From: Squalus acanthias
Lineage: Eukaryota
DNA length: 64,000 bases
Assembly (NCBI GenBank): GCA_030390025.1
Contig: JASTWF010000034.1
Span: forward strand, 3,844,001-3,908,000
Direction: 5' to 3'
Every line of letters starts with the position of its first letter. Position 1 is the first letter of the stretch. Shown one piece after another: positions 26,190 to 38,995 of the stretch. The position numbers were made by a program, and so were the translations under genes. The notes under the pieces were generated by a model that was given only the letters and a program-made list of their open reading frames with translations, had not been told where the DNA came from and ran no database searches.

Positions 26190-29007
26190 CGAGAAGGAAA
26201 CACACCGCGGGCCACACTCACAGGAAGGAGACACACCGCGGGACACACTCACTGGAAATAGTCACACCACGGGACACACTCACTGGAAATAGACACCGCG
26301 GGACACACTCACTGGAAGGAGACACCGTGGGACACACTCACTGGAAGGAGGCACACCGCGGGACACACTCACTGGAAGGAGACAAACCGCGGGACACACA
26401 CACTGGAAGGAGACACCGTGGGACACACTCACTGGAAGGAGGCACACCGCGGGACACACTCACTGGAAGGAGACACACCGCGGGACACACTCACTGGAAG
26501 GAGACACACCGCGAGACACACTCACTGGAAGGAGGCACACCGCGGGACACACTCACTGGAAGGAGACACACCTTGGGACAGACTCACTGGAAGGAGACAC
26601 ACAGCGGGACAGACTCACTGGAAGGAGACACACCGCGGGACACACACACTGGAAGGAGACGCCGCGGGACACACTCACTGGAAGTAGGCACACCGCGGGA
26701 CACACTCACTGGAAGGAGACACACCGCGGGACACACTCACTGGAAGTAGACACACCGCGGGCCACACTCACTGGAAGGAGACACACCGCGGGACACACTC
26801 ACTGAAAGGAGACACACCGCGGGACACACTCACTGGAAGGACACACACCGTGGGACACACTCACTGGATGGACACACACCGCGGGACACACTCACTAGAA
26901 GGACACACACCGCGGGACATACTCACTGGAAGGAGACACACCGCGCGACACACTCAATGGAAGGAGACACACCGCGGGAAACACACACTGGAAGGAGACG
27001 CCGCGGGACACACTCACTGGAAGTAGGCACACCGCGGGACACACTCACTGGAAGGAGACACACCGCGAGACACACTCACTGGAAGGAGACACACCGCGGG
27101 ACACACTCACTGAAAGGAGACGCACCGCGGGACACACTCACTGAAAGGAGACACACCACGGGACACACTCAATGGAAGGAGGCACATCGCGGGACACACT
27201 CACTGAAAGGAGACACACCACGGGACACACTCACTGGAAGGAGACACACCGCGGGACACACTCACTGGAAGTAGGCACACCGCGGGACACACTCACTGAA
27301 AGGAGACACACCACGGGACACACTCACTGGAAGGAGACACACCGCGGGACACACGCACTGGAAGGAGACACACCGCGGGACACACTCACTGGAAGGAGAC
27401 ACACCGCGGGACACACTCACTGGAAGGAGACACACCGCGGGACACACTCACTGGAAGGAGGCACCGCGGGACACACTCACTGGAAGGAGGCACACCGCGG
27501 GACACACTCACTGGAAGGAGGCACCGCGGGACACACTCACTGAAAGGAGACACACCACGGGACACACTCACTGGAAGGAGGCACCGCGGGACACACTCAC
27601 TGGAAGGAGGCACCGCGGGACACACTCACTGGAAGGAGACACACCGCGGGAAACTCACTGGAAGGAGACACACCGCGGGACACACTCACTGAAAGGAGAC
27701 ACACCGCGGGACACACTCACTGGAAGGAGACACACCGCGGGACACACTCACTGGAAGGTGACACACCGCGGGCCACACTCACTGGAAGGAGACACACCGC
27801 GGGACACACTCTCTTGAAGGAGACTCCAGGGGACACACTCACTGGAAGGAGGCACCCCGGGACACACTCACTGGACGTAGACAAACCGCGAGCCACACTT
27901 ACTGGAAGGATACACCGCGGGACACACTCACTGGAAGGAGACACACCGCGGGACACACTCACTGGAAGGAGACACACCGCGGGACACACTCACTGGAAGG
28001 AGACACCGTGGGACACACTCACTGGAAGGAGACAAACCGCGGGACACTCACTGGAAGGAGACACACCGCGGGACACACTCACTGGAAGGAGACACACCGC
28101 GGGACACACTCACTGGAAGGAGACACACCGCGGGACACACTCACTGGAAGGTGACACACCGCGGGCCACACTCACTGGAAGGAGACACACCGCGGGACAC
28201 ACTCACTGGAAGGAGACACCACGGGACACACTCACTGGAAGGAGGCACCCCGGGACACACTCACTGGACGTAGACACACCGCGAGCCACACTTACTGGAA
28301 GGAGACACCGCGGGACACACTCACTGGAAGGAGACACACCGCGGGACACACTCACTGGAAGGAGACACCACGGGACACACTCACTGGAAGGAGACAAACC
28401 GCGGGACAATCACTGGAAGGAGACACACCGCGGGACACACTCACTGGAAGGAGACACACCACGGAACACACTCACTGGAGGGAGACACCGCGGGACACAC
28501 TCACTGGAAGGAGACACACCGTGGGACACACTCACTGGAAGGAGGCACCCCGGGACACAGTCACTGGAAGGAGACACACCGCGGGACACACTCACTGGAA
28601 GGAGACACACCACGGAACACACTCACTGGAAGGAGGCACCCCGGGACACAGTCACTGGAAGGAGACGAACCGCGGGACACTCACTGGAAGGAGACACACC
28701 GCGGGAGACACTCACTGGAAGGAGACACCCCGCGGGACACACTCACTGGAAGGAGACACACCGCGGGACACACTCACTGGAAGGAGACACACCACGGAAC
28801 ACACTCACTGGAAGGAGACACACCGCGGGACACACTCACTGGAAGGAGACACACCGCGGGACACACTCACTGGAAGGAGACACACCACGGGACACACTCA
28901 CTGGAAGGAGAGTCCGTGGGACACACTCACTGGAAGGAGACACACCGCGGGCCACACTCACTGGAAGGAGACATACCGCGGGACACACTCACTGGAAGGA
29001 GACACAC
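26190..29007. repeat. 31-bp (and 29-bp variant) CpG-rich minisatellite
   Basis: Unit CACACCGCGGGACACACTCACTGGAAGGAGA. Confidence 0.97.
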
Positions 29008-29169
29008 GATGAGAAGGGCGGGGCCCGGGGGCGAGGGAGGGGCCCGGGGGAGAGGTCGATGCCCAGGAGTGGCGCAGCGGGGTCGGGAGGACCACACTGC
29101 AGCTTATGAATCCCAGGCAGAGAGGACCTGCGGGAAGAGGGAGGAGGACAGTAGGAGTGGGTTTGTGTG

Positions 29170-32100
29170 TGTGTGCTCGGCCGATGTAGCAGAGCCTGGT
29201 CTCCAATCGTCTTGGATCCCCTTGCCATTGGACCAAGACCTTGCTCTGTCAAGCCTGTGTGGTAGCTGGTGTGCAACGGCCACCCCACGTTAAAAGAATT
29301 CACGCACAGGCATCTTCCACCCTTTAAAATGAAGTTCGGGTTCTGGAACATCAGGACCCTCATGGACAATCCCAACAGCGACAGACTGGAACTCCATTGT
29401 GCTATCGTTGCCCGGGAGCTCAGACGTTTCGACATAGACATCACCGCCCTAAGCGAGACCCAGTGGCCAGAGGAAGGCCAGCTCAAGGAGCAAGGCTGTG
29501 GTTACTCCTTCTTCTGGAAAGGCAAACCTGAAGAAGAACGCCGCCTGCATGGGGTCGGTGTCGCCATAAAAAATGAGCTAATTAAACGTCTCAGAGACTC
29601 CCCTTGTGGAATAAACGAACGCCTCATCACTCATGGCTCAACCTAGCCCGGAACCAGTGCGCTATGGTCATCAGTGCATACGTCCCAACACTGGAAGACA
29701 CAGACAAGATCAAAGAGGAATTCTACTCCAGCCTCGAACAATCCCTGTCCCGAGTCCCAATGGGCGACAAGCTGATCCCCCTTGGCGACTTCAACACCAG
29801 AGGTGGAAAGGACACTGACCTCTGGGGAGGTGTGATCGGCAGAGAGGGGGTAGGGAAAGCCAACTCCAATGGTACCCTCCTCCTGACGAAATGCTAAGAA
29901 CATGGCCTTGTCATAACCAACACCTTGTTCCATCAGAGAGACAAGGACAAGTATTCATGGCAACACCCTCGCTCCAAGCACTGGTATCTGTTGGACTACG
30001 TCATCGCCCGAGCGAGGGACCGCAAGGACGTCGGCATCACCTGTGCCATGACAGGAGCTGACGACTGCTGGACAGCCCACTGCCTAATCAGCTCTGTCAA
30101 CTCCATCAACGTAGCCCCAAAACAGCGGCGGCAACAGATGCAATGCCGCAGGAAAATCAACGCTGGAGCACTCAAAGACCCTGCTAAGAAAGCCCTATTC
30201 AGCCTGCGCCTCACAACCACCCTGACGACTCCCAGCGATTCAGAGACACAGAGTGTCCACGGCGCCTGGTCTGCACTCAAGGCCTCCATAATCAGCACCT
30301 GCGAAGAGACGCTCGGTCACTCGACCAGGAAAAATCAAGACTGGTTCAACAAGAACGACCAGGAGATCCAGGAACTAATAAGCCGCAAGGGCAAGGCATT
30401 GCTGATCTGGAAACAGTAACAGAACTCGAGAGCCAGAAAGCAGCTCTACAGACATTGAAGACCGAGGTCCAACAAAAAACTCGCGACCTAAGAACAGATG
30501 GTGGGTGGAGAAAGCGCAGGAGATCCAGCAGCTGGCCAACAACCACGACGTTCATGGATTCTTCAGCGCATTCAAGACCACCTACTGCCCAAGCACCCAT
30601 GGTCCTACCCCACTGCGGGCTAAGAATGGAGAGGTACTCATCAAGGACAGAGAGGCACACAGTGCCCGCTGGAAGGAGCACTTCGAAGATCGCCTTAACC
30701 GAAACGCTGTCTTCGATGTGAGTGTCCTCAACTCCATCCCGCAGCATGCTACCTGCAACCACCTCCGCACAACCTCAGTCCGGCATGAGGTTGAAAAGGC
30801 CATCCGACAACTGAAGAACAAAAAGGCCTCAGGAGCAGATGGAATCCCCGCCGAGGCGCTAAAACATGGTGAAGAAGTACTATTATTGCGAATACATGAA
30901 CTCATTTCTCTTATTTGGAAGGAGGAGAGCATGCCAGGGGATCTCAGAGACATCGTAATCGTGACCATCTTCAAGAATGGTGACAAGTCTGATTGTGGTA
31001 ATTACAGAGCAGTCTCCATGCTGTCTGCCACAGGGAAAGTCATCGCAAGAATCCTCCTCAATCGCCTTCTCCCAGTGGCTGAAGAGCTCCTCTAGAGTCG
31101 CAATGCGGATTACGCCCACTAAGGGGCACAATGAACATGATCTTCACCGCGCGTCAACTACAAGAGAAATGCAGGGAACAGCACCAACCGCTATACATGG
31201 TCTTCTTTGACCTCATAAAAGCCTTCGATACCATCAACCGTGAGGGATTATGGAGTATCCTCCTCAAATTCAGCTGCCCTCAAAAGTTTGTGACCATCCT
31301 CCGCCTGCTTCACGACAACATTCAAGCTGTAATCCTGACAAACAGATCCACCAGAGACCCAATTCATGTACGGACCGGGGTCAAGCAAGGCTGTGTCATC
31401 GCAACAACGCTCTTCTCGTTCTTCCTGGCTGCAATGCTCCATCCCACCCTCAGTAAGCTCCCCGCCGGAGTGGAGCTAATCTACAGAACAAATGGGAAAC
31501 TGTTCAAACTCCATCGCCTCCAGTCCAGATCCAAGATCGTTCCCTCATCTGTCATCGAATTACAGTATGCAGACGGCGCTTGCATCTGTTCTCACTCAGC
31601 AGTCGAACTCTAAACCATCGTCAACATCTTCACCGAAGCGTACGAGAGCATGGGCCTTACACTAAACATCCGTAAGACAAAGGTCCTCCACCAACCCGCC
31701 ACAAGTACTGCTCCCCCATTATCAAAATCCATGACGAGGCCTTGGACAACGTGGACCACTTTCAATATCTCGGGAGCCTACCGTCAACAAGGGGAGACGT
31801 CGATGACAAAGTCCAACACCACCTTCAGTTTGCCAGTGCAGCCTTCGGTCGCCTGAGGAAGAGAATGTTTAAAGACCAGGACCTCAAACCCAGCCCCAAG
31901 CTCATGTTCTACGGAGCAGTAGTGATACCCAACCTCCTATATGCTTCAGAGGCATGGACCATGTACAGCAGGTACCTCAAAGCACTGGAGAGGTACCACC
32001 AATGCTGCCTCCGCAAGATCCTGCAAATCCATTGGCAGGATAGGCGCACCAACTTCAGCGTTGTCACTCAGGCCAACATCCCCAGCATCGAAGCTTTGAC

Positions 32101-32560
32101 CACGCTCGATCAGCTCCGATGGCCGGGCCACATCGTCCACATGCCCGATAAGAGACTTCAAAAATTAGCGCTCTACTCGGAGTTCCGGCACGGCAAGAGA
32201 GCCCCAGGTGGGCAGAGGAAACGCTTCAAGGACACTCTCAATGCCTTCTTGAAAAATTGCAACATCCCCAGCGACACCTGGGAATCCCCGGCCCAAGACC
32301 GCACAAAGTGCAGGAAAAGCATCCGAGAAGGCGCCGAACACCTGGAGTCTCTTCGCCGGGAGCAAGTGGAAGCCAAGCGCAAACAGCGTAAGGAGCGCAC
32401 GTCAACCCAAGCACCCCACACACTCGCCCCTTCAACCACCGTCTGCCCCACCTGTGACAGTGACTGTAGGTCCCGCATTGGACTCATCAGTCACCTGAGA
32501 ACTAAATTTTAGTGTGGAAGCAAGTCATCCTCATTTCCGAGGGACTGCTTAAGAAGGAGA
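29170..32560 (+). mobile_element. Near-full-length decayed RTE-clade (BovB-like) LINE
   Basis: Single APE-RT frame from ATG 29329 (MKFGFWNIRTLMD...DIDITALSET) to TAG 32512; FFDLIKAFDT, GVKQGCVIA, YADG in place of YADD; C-terminal CxxC...SHLR finger; short 3'UTR hairpin and AAG-type tail; several stops and frameshifts; 5' boundary uncertain. Confidence 0.92.
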
Positions 32561-34140
32561 CTCTGTGAATCCATCTGTGCAGTCCCTAAGTATAGGCCCA
32601 CTCTGTGACGCCCTCTGTGGAGTCCTTAAGTATAGACCCACTCTGTGACACCCTCTGTGGAGTCACTACGTATAGACCCACTCTGTGACACCCTCTGTGG
32701 AGTCCCTAAGTATAGACCACTCTGTGACACCCTCTGTGGAGTCCCTAAGTATAGACCCACTCTGTGACTCCCTCTGTGGAGTCCCTAAGTATTGACCCAC
32801 TCTGTGACACCCTCTGTGGAGTCCCTAAGTAAAGACCCACTCTGTGACTCCATCTGTGGAGTCCCTAAGTATAGACGCACTCTGTGACACCATCTGTGGA
32901 GTCCCTAAGTATAGACCCACTCTGTGAATCCATCTGTGGAGTCCCTAAGTATAGACCCACTCTGTGACTCCATCTGTGGAGTTCCTAAGTATAGACCCAC
33001 TCTGTGACACCCTCTGTGGAGTCCCTAAGTATAGACCCACGCTGTGACACCCTCTGTGTGAGTCCCTAAGTATAGAGCCACTCTGTGACTCCATCTGTTG
33101 AGTCCCAAAGTATAGACCCAATCTGTGACACCATCTGTGGAGTCCCTAAGTATTGAACCACTCCGAGACTCCCTCTGTGGAGTCCCTAAGTATAGACCCA
33201 CTCTGTGACACCCTCTGTGGAGTCCCTAAGTATAGACCCACTCTGTGACTCCATCTGTGGAGTCCCTAAATATAGACCCACTCTGTGACACCCTCTGTGG
33301 AGTCCCTAAGTAGAGACCCACTCTGTTACACCCTCTGTGGAGTCCCTAAGTATAGACTCACTCTGTGACTCCATCTGTGGAGTCCCTATGTATAGACCCA
33401 CTCTGTGACTCCCTCTGTGGAGTCCCTAAGTATACACCCACTCTGTGACTCCAGCTGTGGAGTCCCTAAGTATAGACCCAATCTGTGACTCCATCTGTGG
33501 AGTTCCTAAGTATAGACCCACTCTGTGACACCCACTGTGGAGTCCCTAAGTATAGACCCACTCTGTGACACCTTCTGTGTGAGTCCCTAAGTATAGAGCC
33601 ACTCTGTGACTCCATCTGTGGAGTCCCTAAGTATAGACCCACTCTGTGACACCATCTGTGGAGTCCCTAAGTATAGACCCACTCCGAGACTCCCTCTGTG
33701 GAGTCCCTAGGTATAGACCCACTCTGTGACACCCTCTCTGGAGTCCCTAAGTATAGACCCACTCTGTGACTCCATCTGTGGTGTCCCTAAATATAGACAC
33801 ACTCTGTGACACCCTCTGTGGAGTCCCTAAGTATAGACCCACTCTGGTACACCCTCTGTGGAGTCCCTAAGTATAGACCCACTCTGTGACGCCCTCTGTG
33901 GAGTCCCTAAGTATAGACCCACTCTGTGACACCATCTGTGGAGTCCCTAAGTATAGACCCACTCTGTGACACCCCCTGTGGAGTCCCTAAGTATAGACCC
34001 ACTCTGTGACACCCTCTGTGGAGTCCCTAAGTATGGACCCACTCTGTGACACCCTCTGTGGAGTCCCTAAGTATAGACTCACTCTGTGACTCCATCTGTG
34101 GAGTCCCTAAGAATAGACCCACTCTGTGACACCCTCTGTG
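32561..34140. repeat. 40-bp minisatellite
   Basis: Unit CTCTGTGACACCCTCTGTGGAGTCCCTAAGTATAGACCCA. Confidence 0.97.
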
Positions 34141-34539
34141 TCAGTGTGCGATTCATTCTGTTTCTGTCATTCTCTGGTGCGATGTATGAGTGTGCGATTG
34201 ATTCTGTATCTGACAATCTCTGATACTGTGGGATCCCTTGCCTTGTCAGCCCTTCCGAAACGCATAACCTCACAATTCACCAGATTGAATTCCATTTGCC
34301 CCTTTTCTGCACAACTGACCAGTCCAGTGATTTATTCCTGCATATATCATGCGTTATACACAGACTAAAGCTCCCATTAGACTGCCCAATCAGACAGTCA
34401 AAGGGCAGGTAAAGTACGGGTAAGATAGAGAGATGCAAAGTAAATCTTCCTCTACAATGGACACCCAAAACACTCTCTGGGCAGGCACGGAATGGGTGGC
34501 GTACAGACTAAAGCTCCCACTAATTTGGTTCAGCCGAGC

Positions 34540-35062
34540 TTGATGCGAGATGATGAACAGCTCCCAGTATCTGGTTAGACTCTCACATTGGAAAAATCCT
34601 GAACTGATGGGATTCTTAGTAAAGTTCCTCACCTTTCCAATCATTGTTGAAGCTTCCTGTTTTATCCCTTTTCCGAAAATGGGGATCTCGGTCACGCCGG
34701 ATCTGCTCTGTGAACCCAGCGACATTTCTTCAGTCCCAGTCAGTGAGGCGATGATTCGACTTCTCTCTCTCCACCTTCCTGAAATATTGCTCACCCCCAG
34801 ATATAGTCAATAGAAAAATGATTCATATTAATCCCAGAATCTGTAACTGGAATACAGTGGGACTGTTTTTGTGACTGATTATATTTAATTTGACTAAACT
34901 CATAACCCAGTGTCAGCTGTCACTCCAGCTCCTCCCACACCGACATCCCACTGATGGGCCGTAACCAGGGGCGAAAACCTGACTCCAGGTGACATCACAA
35001 AGGAACCGGGAGCCAATCACACAGCAGCCGGGAATAATGACACAAAGCGGCCAAGCCCCTCC
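34540..35062 (-). pseudogene. Decayed paralogue of the 11.0-11.55 kb promoter/exon module
   Basis: Colinear with 10985-11560; same frame MSLGSQSRSGVTEIPIFGKGIKQEASTMIGK; acceptor, exon-1 donor and GC box are all mutated. Confidence 0.5.
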
Positions 35063-36337
35063 AAAGTCAACATGGATTTACAAAAGGTAAATCGTGCTTG
35101 ACTAATCCACTGGAATTTTTTGAGGATGTAACTGGTAAAATAGATAAGGGAGAACCAGTGGATGTGGTGTATTTGGACTTTCAAAAGGCTTTTGATAAGG
35201 TCCCGCATAAGAGATTATCGTGTAAAGTTAAGGCACATGGGATTGGGGGGCAAGGTATTGACTTGGATAGAGAACTGGTTGGCAGACAGAAATCAAAGTG
35301 TTGGAATAAACGTGTCTTTTTCCGAGTGGCAGGCAGTGACTAGTTGGGTACCGCAGGGATCGGTCCTTGGACCCCAGCTATTCACAATATATATTGAATG
35401 ATCTAGACAAGGGTACTAGATGTAATATCTCCAAGTTTGCAGACGACACAAAGCTGGGTGGGCGTGTGTGCTGTGAGGAGGATGCCGAGAAACTTCAGGA
35501 CGATTTGGATAGGTTGGGTGATTGGGCAGATGCATGGCAGATGCAATATAACGTGGATAAATGCGAGGTTATCCACTTTGGTGTCAAAAACAGGAAGGCA
35601 GATTATTATCTGAATGGCAATGGATTGGGAGAAGGGGAAGTGCAACGAGAACGTGGTTTCCTCGTGCACCAGTCGCTGCAGGTAAGCATGCAGGTGCAGC
35701 AGGCGGTTAAGAAGGCAAATGGATGTTGGCCTTCGGAGCGAGAGGGTTTGAGTGCAGGAACAAGGATGTCTTGCTGCACTTGTACAGGGCCTTGGTGAGA
35801 CCACATCTTGAGTATTGTGTGCAGTTTTGGTCGCCTTATCTGAGGAAGGAGGTTCTTGCCATGGAAGGATTTCAGCGAAGATTCACCACGCGGATACCTG
35901 GGATGGCAGGAATGACGTATGAGGAGAGATTGAGTTTATAAGAATGAGAGGGGATCTCATTGAAACTTATAAAATTCTGACAGGACTGGACAGACAAGAT
36001 GCAGGAAGGACGTTCCCGATGGTCGGGGATTCCAGAACCAGGGGTCATAGTCTAAGGATAAGGGGTAAGACATTTAGGACAGAAATGAGGAGGAATTTCT
36101 TCACCCAGAGAGTGGTGAACCTGTGGAATTCTCTACCACAGAAGGCAGTAGAGGCCAATTCATTAAATATATTCAAGAAGGAGTTGGATGTATTTCTTAA
36201 GGCTAAAGGGATCAAGCGATATGGGGAGAAGGCAGGGACAGGGTTCTGAATTTGGATGATCAGCCATGATCGCGTTAAATGGCGGAGCAGGTTCGACGGG
36301 CCGAATGGCCTACTCCTGCTCCTATCTTCCATGTTTC
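35063..36337 (+). mobile_element. CR1 3' half with 3'UTR
   Basis: YLDFQKAFDKVPH, KFADDTKLGG, VRPHLEYCVQFW, RVVNLWNSLP; 3'UTR matches the SINE tails. Confidence 0.93.
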
Positions 36338-36339
36338 TC

Positions 36340-36636
36340 CCACTCTACAATACAGAGCTCCCTCTACATTACTCCGAAAGTGTACCCCCACTTTATACCC
36401 AGTGTCAGCATCGAATGCTCCCAGGGCAGATACAATACAGAGCTCCCTCTACATTACCCTGACAGTGTACCCCCACTTTATACCCAGTGTCAGCATCGTG
36501 CACTCCCAGGGCAGGTACAATACAGAGCTCCCTCTACATTACCCTGAGAGTGTACCCCCACTTTATACCCAGTGTTAGCATCCAGCATTCCCAGGGCAGG
36601 TACAATACAGACCTCGCTCTACATTTCCCTGACATT
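36340..36636. repeat. About 85-bp tandem repeat derived partly from the 67-bp satellite
   Basis: TACAATACAGA recurs about every 85 bp; shares AGCTCCCTCTACA and CCCAGGGCAGGTACA with the 67-mer. Confidence 0.8.
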
Positions 36637-36857
36637 ACCACTGTCTCTCCCTCCCGCTCCATACCATTTATGTTCCTGATGCTGGTCCAGCTCGGGTTCC
36701 CCAGCCACAGTTACTCTGCCGTTTGTTCCACGTATTCCAGGGTCCACTTTGCTGGACAGGTCACAGCGGGGTCTAAGGGTAGAGGAAGATTCATAAGTCA
36801 AACACCATTTAAAGTCAAACAGTCAGAGCGGCCGTAATCACCCTCAGGACCGTAACC

Positions 36858-37356
36858 GCAATGCCCAGGGTCAGTGGCCCTGTACCCACAATGCCCAGTA
36901 TCAGTGACCTGTACCCACAACGCCCAGTGTCAGTGGCCCTGTACCCACAATGCCCAGTGTCAGTGACCCTGTACCCACAATGCCCAGGGTCAGTGGCCCT
37001 GTACCCACAATGCCCAAGGTCAGTGATCCCGCGTCCATAATGCACGGGGTCAGTGGCCCTGTACCCACAATGCCCAGGGTCAGTGGCCCTGTACCCACAA
37101 TGCCCACGGTCAGTGGCCCTGTACCCACAATGCCCAGGGTTAGTGGCCCTGTACCCACAATGCCCAAGGTCAGTGTCCCTGTACCCACAATGCCCAGTGT
37201 CAGTGGCCCTGTACCCACAATGCCCAGGGTCAGTGGCCCTGTACCCACAATGCCCAGGGTCAATGGCCCTGTACCCACAATGCCCATGGGTCAGTGGCCC
37301 TGTACCCACAATGCCCAGTGTCAGTGACCCTGTACCCACAATGCCCAGGGTCAGTC
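36858..37356. repeat. 30-bp minisatellite (second family)
   Basis: Unit CAGTGGCCCTGTACCCACAATGCCCAGGGT. Confidence 0.95.
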
Positions 37357-37357
37357 A

Positions 37358-38995
37358 CTGTGGGGCAAACCCGGGTTTCCGTGGTAAACCTTTAACCATT
37401 ACCTTAGTCCCGGCTGGAGGGATATAGGGGAACGCGGTCAATTCTAAATCCTTGTCCTTTTCTTCCTGTCTGTCTCGCGTTTGCTGCCTCATTTCCTTTA
37501 ATTGACTGCTTCATTCGAGGACATACCTTCGGAGCTTATCCTTTAGAGGACCCACATCCTCTCCTCCAGTTATTATGCCATGGGGGATTTGCCCTCTCCG
37601 TCATTAGCTCATATGATGATAAGGCCGTTGTTCGGTTTGGGGTGGCTCTTAGTTTCATTAAGACTGCCGGTAACACATCTGCCCACTGTTGATGTTTTTC
37701 CCCTAAAGCCTTGGCTAAGGCTGTTTTCAAGGTTCGGTTCATTCATTCCACCATTCCAGAACTTTGGGGATGGTACGGAATGTGGAATTTCTGCTTTATG
37801 CCATTCCACTTGCATACATTCTTCACTACTGCTCCCGTAAAGTGAGTTCCCTGATCTGAGTCAATTTGGATCGGTATTCTCCATCTGGGAATTATTTCCT
37901 CTGCTATTATTGGTGCCACGGTGGTGGCAATACAGTTCCGGTTTGGGAATGCCTCGACCCACCTAGTAAACTGGTCTCTTATTACCAGGCAATACTTCTT
38001 ACCCCTTGATGTGGGGAGGGTTCCGGTGAAGTCTATTTGTATATTTTCCCATGGGCCCCTTGGCCGTGGTTGGTGGGCCATCCGTATCTTAACGGGTCGT
38101 CCTGGGTTGTGCTGGGCACACGCGATACACCGCTGGCACTGTTTTGCCACATCTCTTCCTAACCCAGGCCACCACCATTCTTTACTAATCAGGTCAATCA
38201 TCGGCCCCCTTCCTGTATGGGCGTCTCCATGGTGTAGTTCTAAGAGCATTTGTCTGATACATGTGGGGTGTATCATCCGCCCGTTGTTACGCCATATAGC
38301 ATCCTTGTCTGGTCTACCTCCTGTGCGGTACCATTCCTGTTTCTCCCCTTCTTGGGGCTCTTTGTGTAATTTTCTAATATCTATTTCTTCCACCTGTGCA
38401 CTGGCTACGTTTTCTTCAACCATTTCTTTTTCAAGAGCTTACTCTGCTGCTAAATCAGCGGCATGGTTCCCTTTTTGTGCCTGATTTTGTATTTTCTGGT
38501 GCGACTTTATTTTTATTACTGCTGCTAGTGTTGGAGCCTTTGCAGCTTCCAAGAGGGCCGCTGCTGCTGTTTCATACGATCCCCTCCTGTTGCTACAACC
38601 CCCTTCTTCCCCAGGCAGTCATATAATCGTGTATGACTCCAAACGCTTACTTCTATCCATGTAGATATTTGCCGTTTTTCCCTTCGCTTATTCTAGCGCC
38701 TTCGTCAGCGCCACTAGCTCAGCCACTTGAGCTGATAGTCCTCCGTCCAGCCTTCCTGATAATTCAGTCTCTAACTGACTATTTACTACCGCCCATCCGG
38801 TTTGTGAGGATCCCTCTACATGTTTCCTAGATCCGTCCACGTAGAGAGTAATCTGGGGCTCGGGGAGGGGCTCATCTTGAAAAAATCCAGCCTCATCTTC
38901 CCCTTGTAGCTCGCAACATCTGTGGGGATCTCCCTGTCCTCGCAATCCTTCTGCTGGGTTTCCCCAATGTCGCATACTATTTTGACTGACTGATC
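37358..38995 (-). pseudogene. pol: Endogenous retrovirus pol remnant: connection/RNase H and integrase
   Basis: NPA...PHRC, LYVDGS...GWAVV...SAQVAELVAL (RNase H); HHCC zinc finger, IQIDFTG, DSDQGTHF, YHPQSSGMVE*MNRTLK (DDE integrase); stops and frameshifts. Confidence 0.93.

Noticed and set aside
27814..29109. 431-aa His/Thr/Gly-rich ORF
   Set aside because: Artefact of a stop-free 31-bp unit cycling through all three frames
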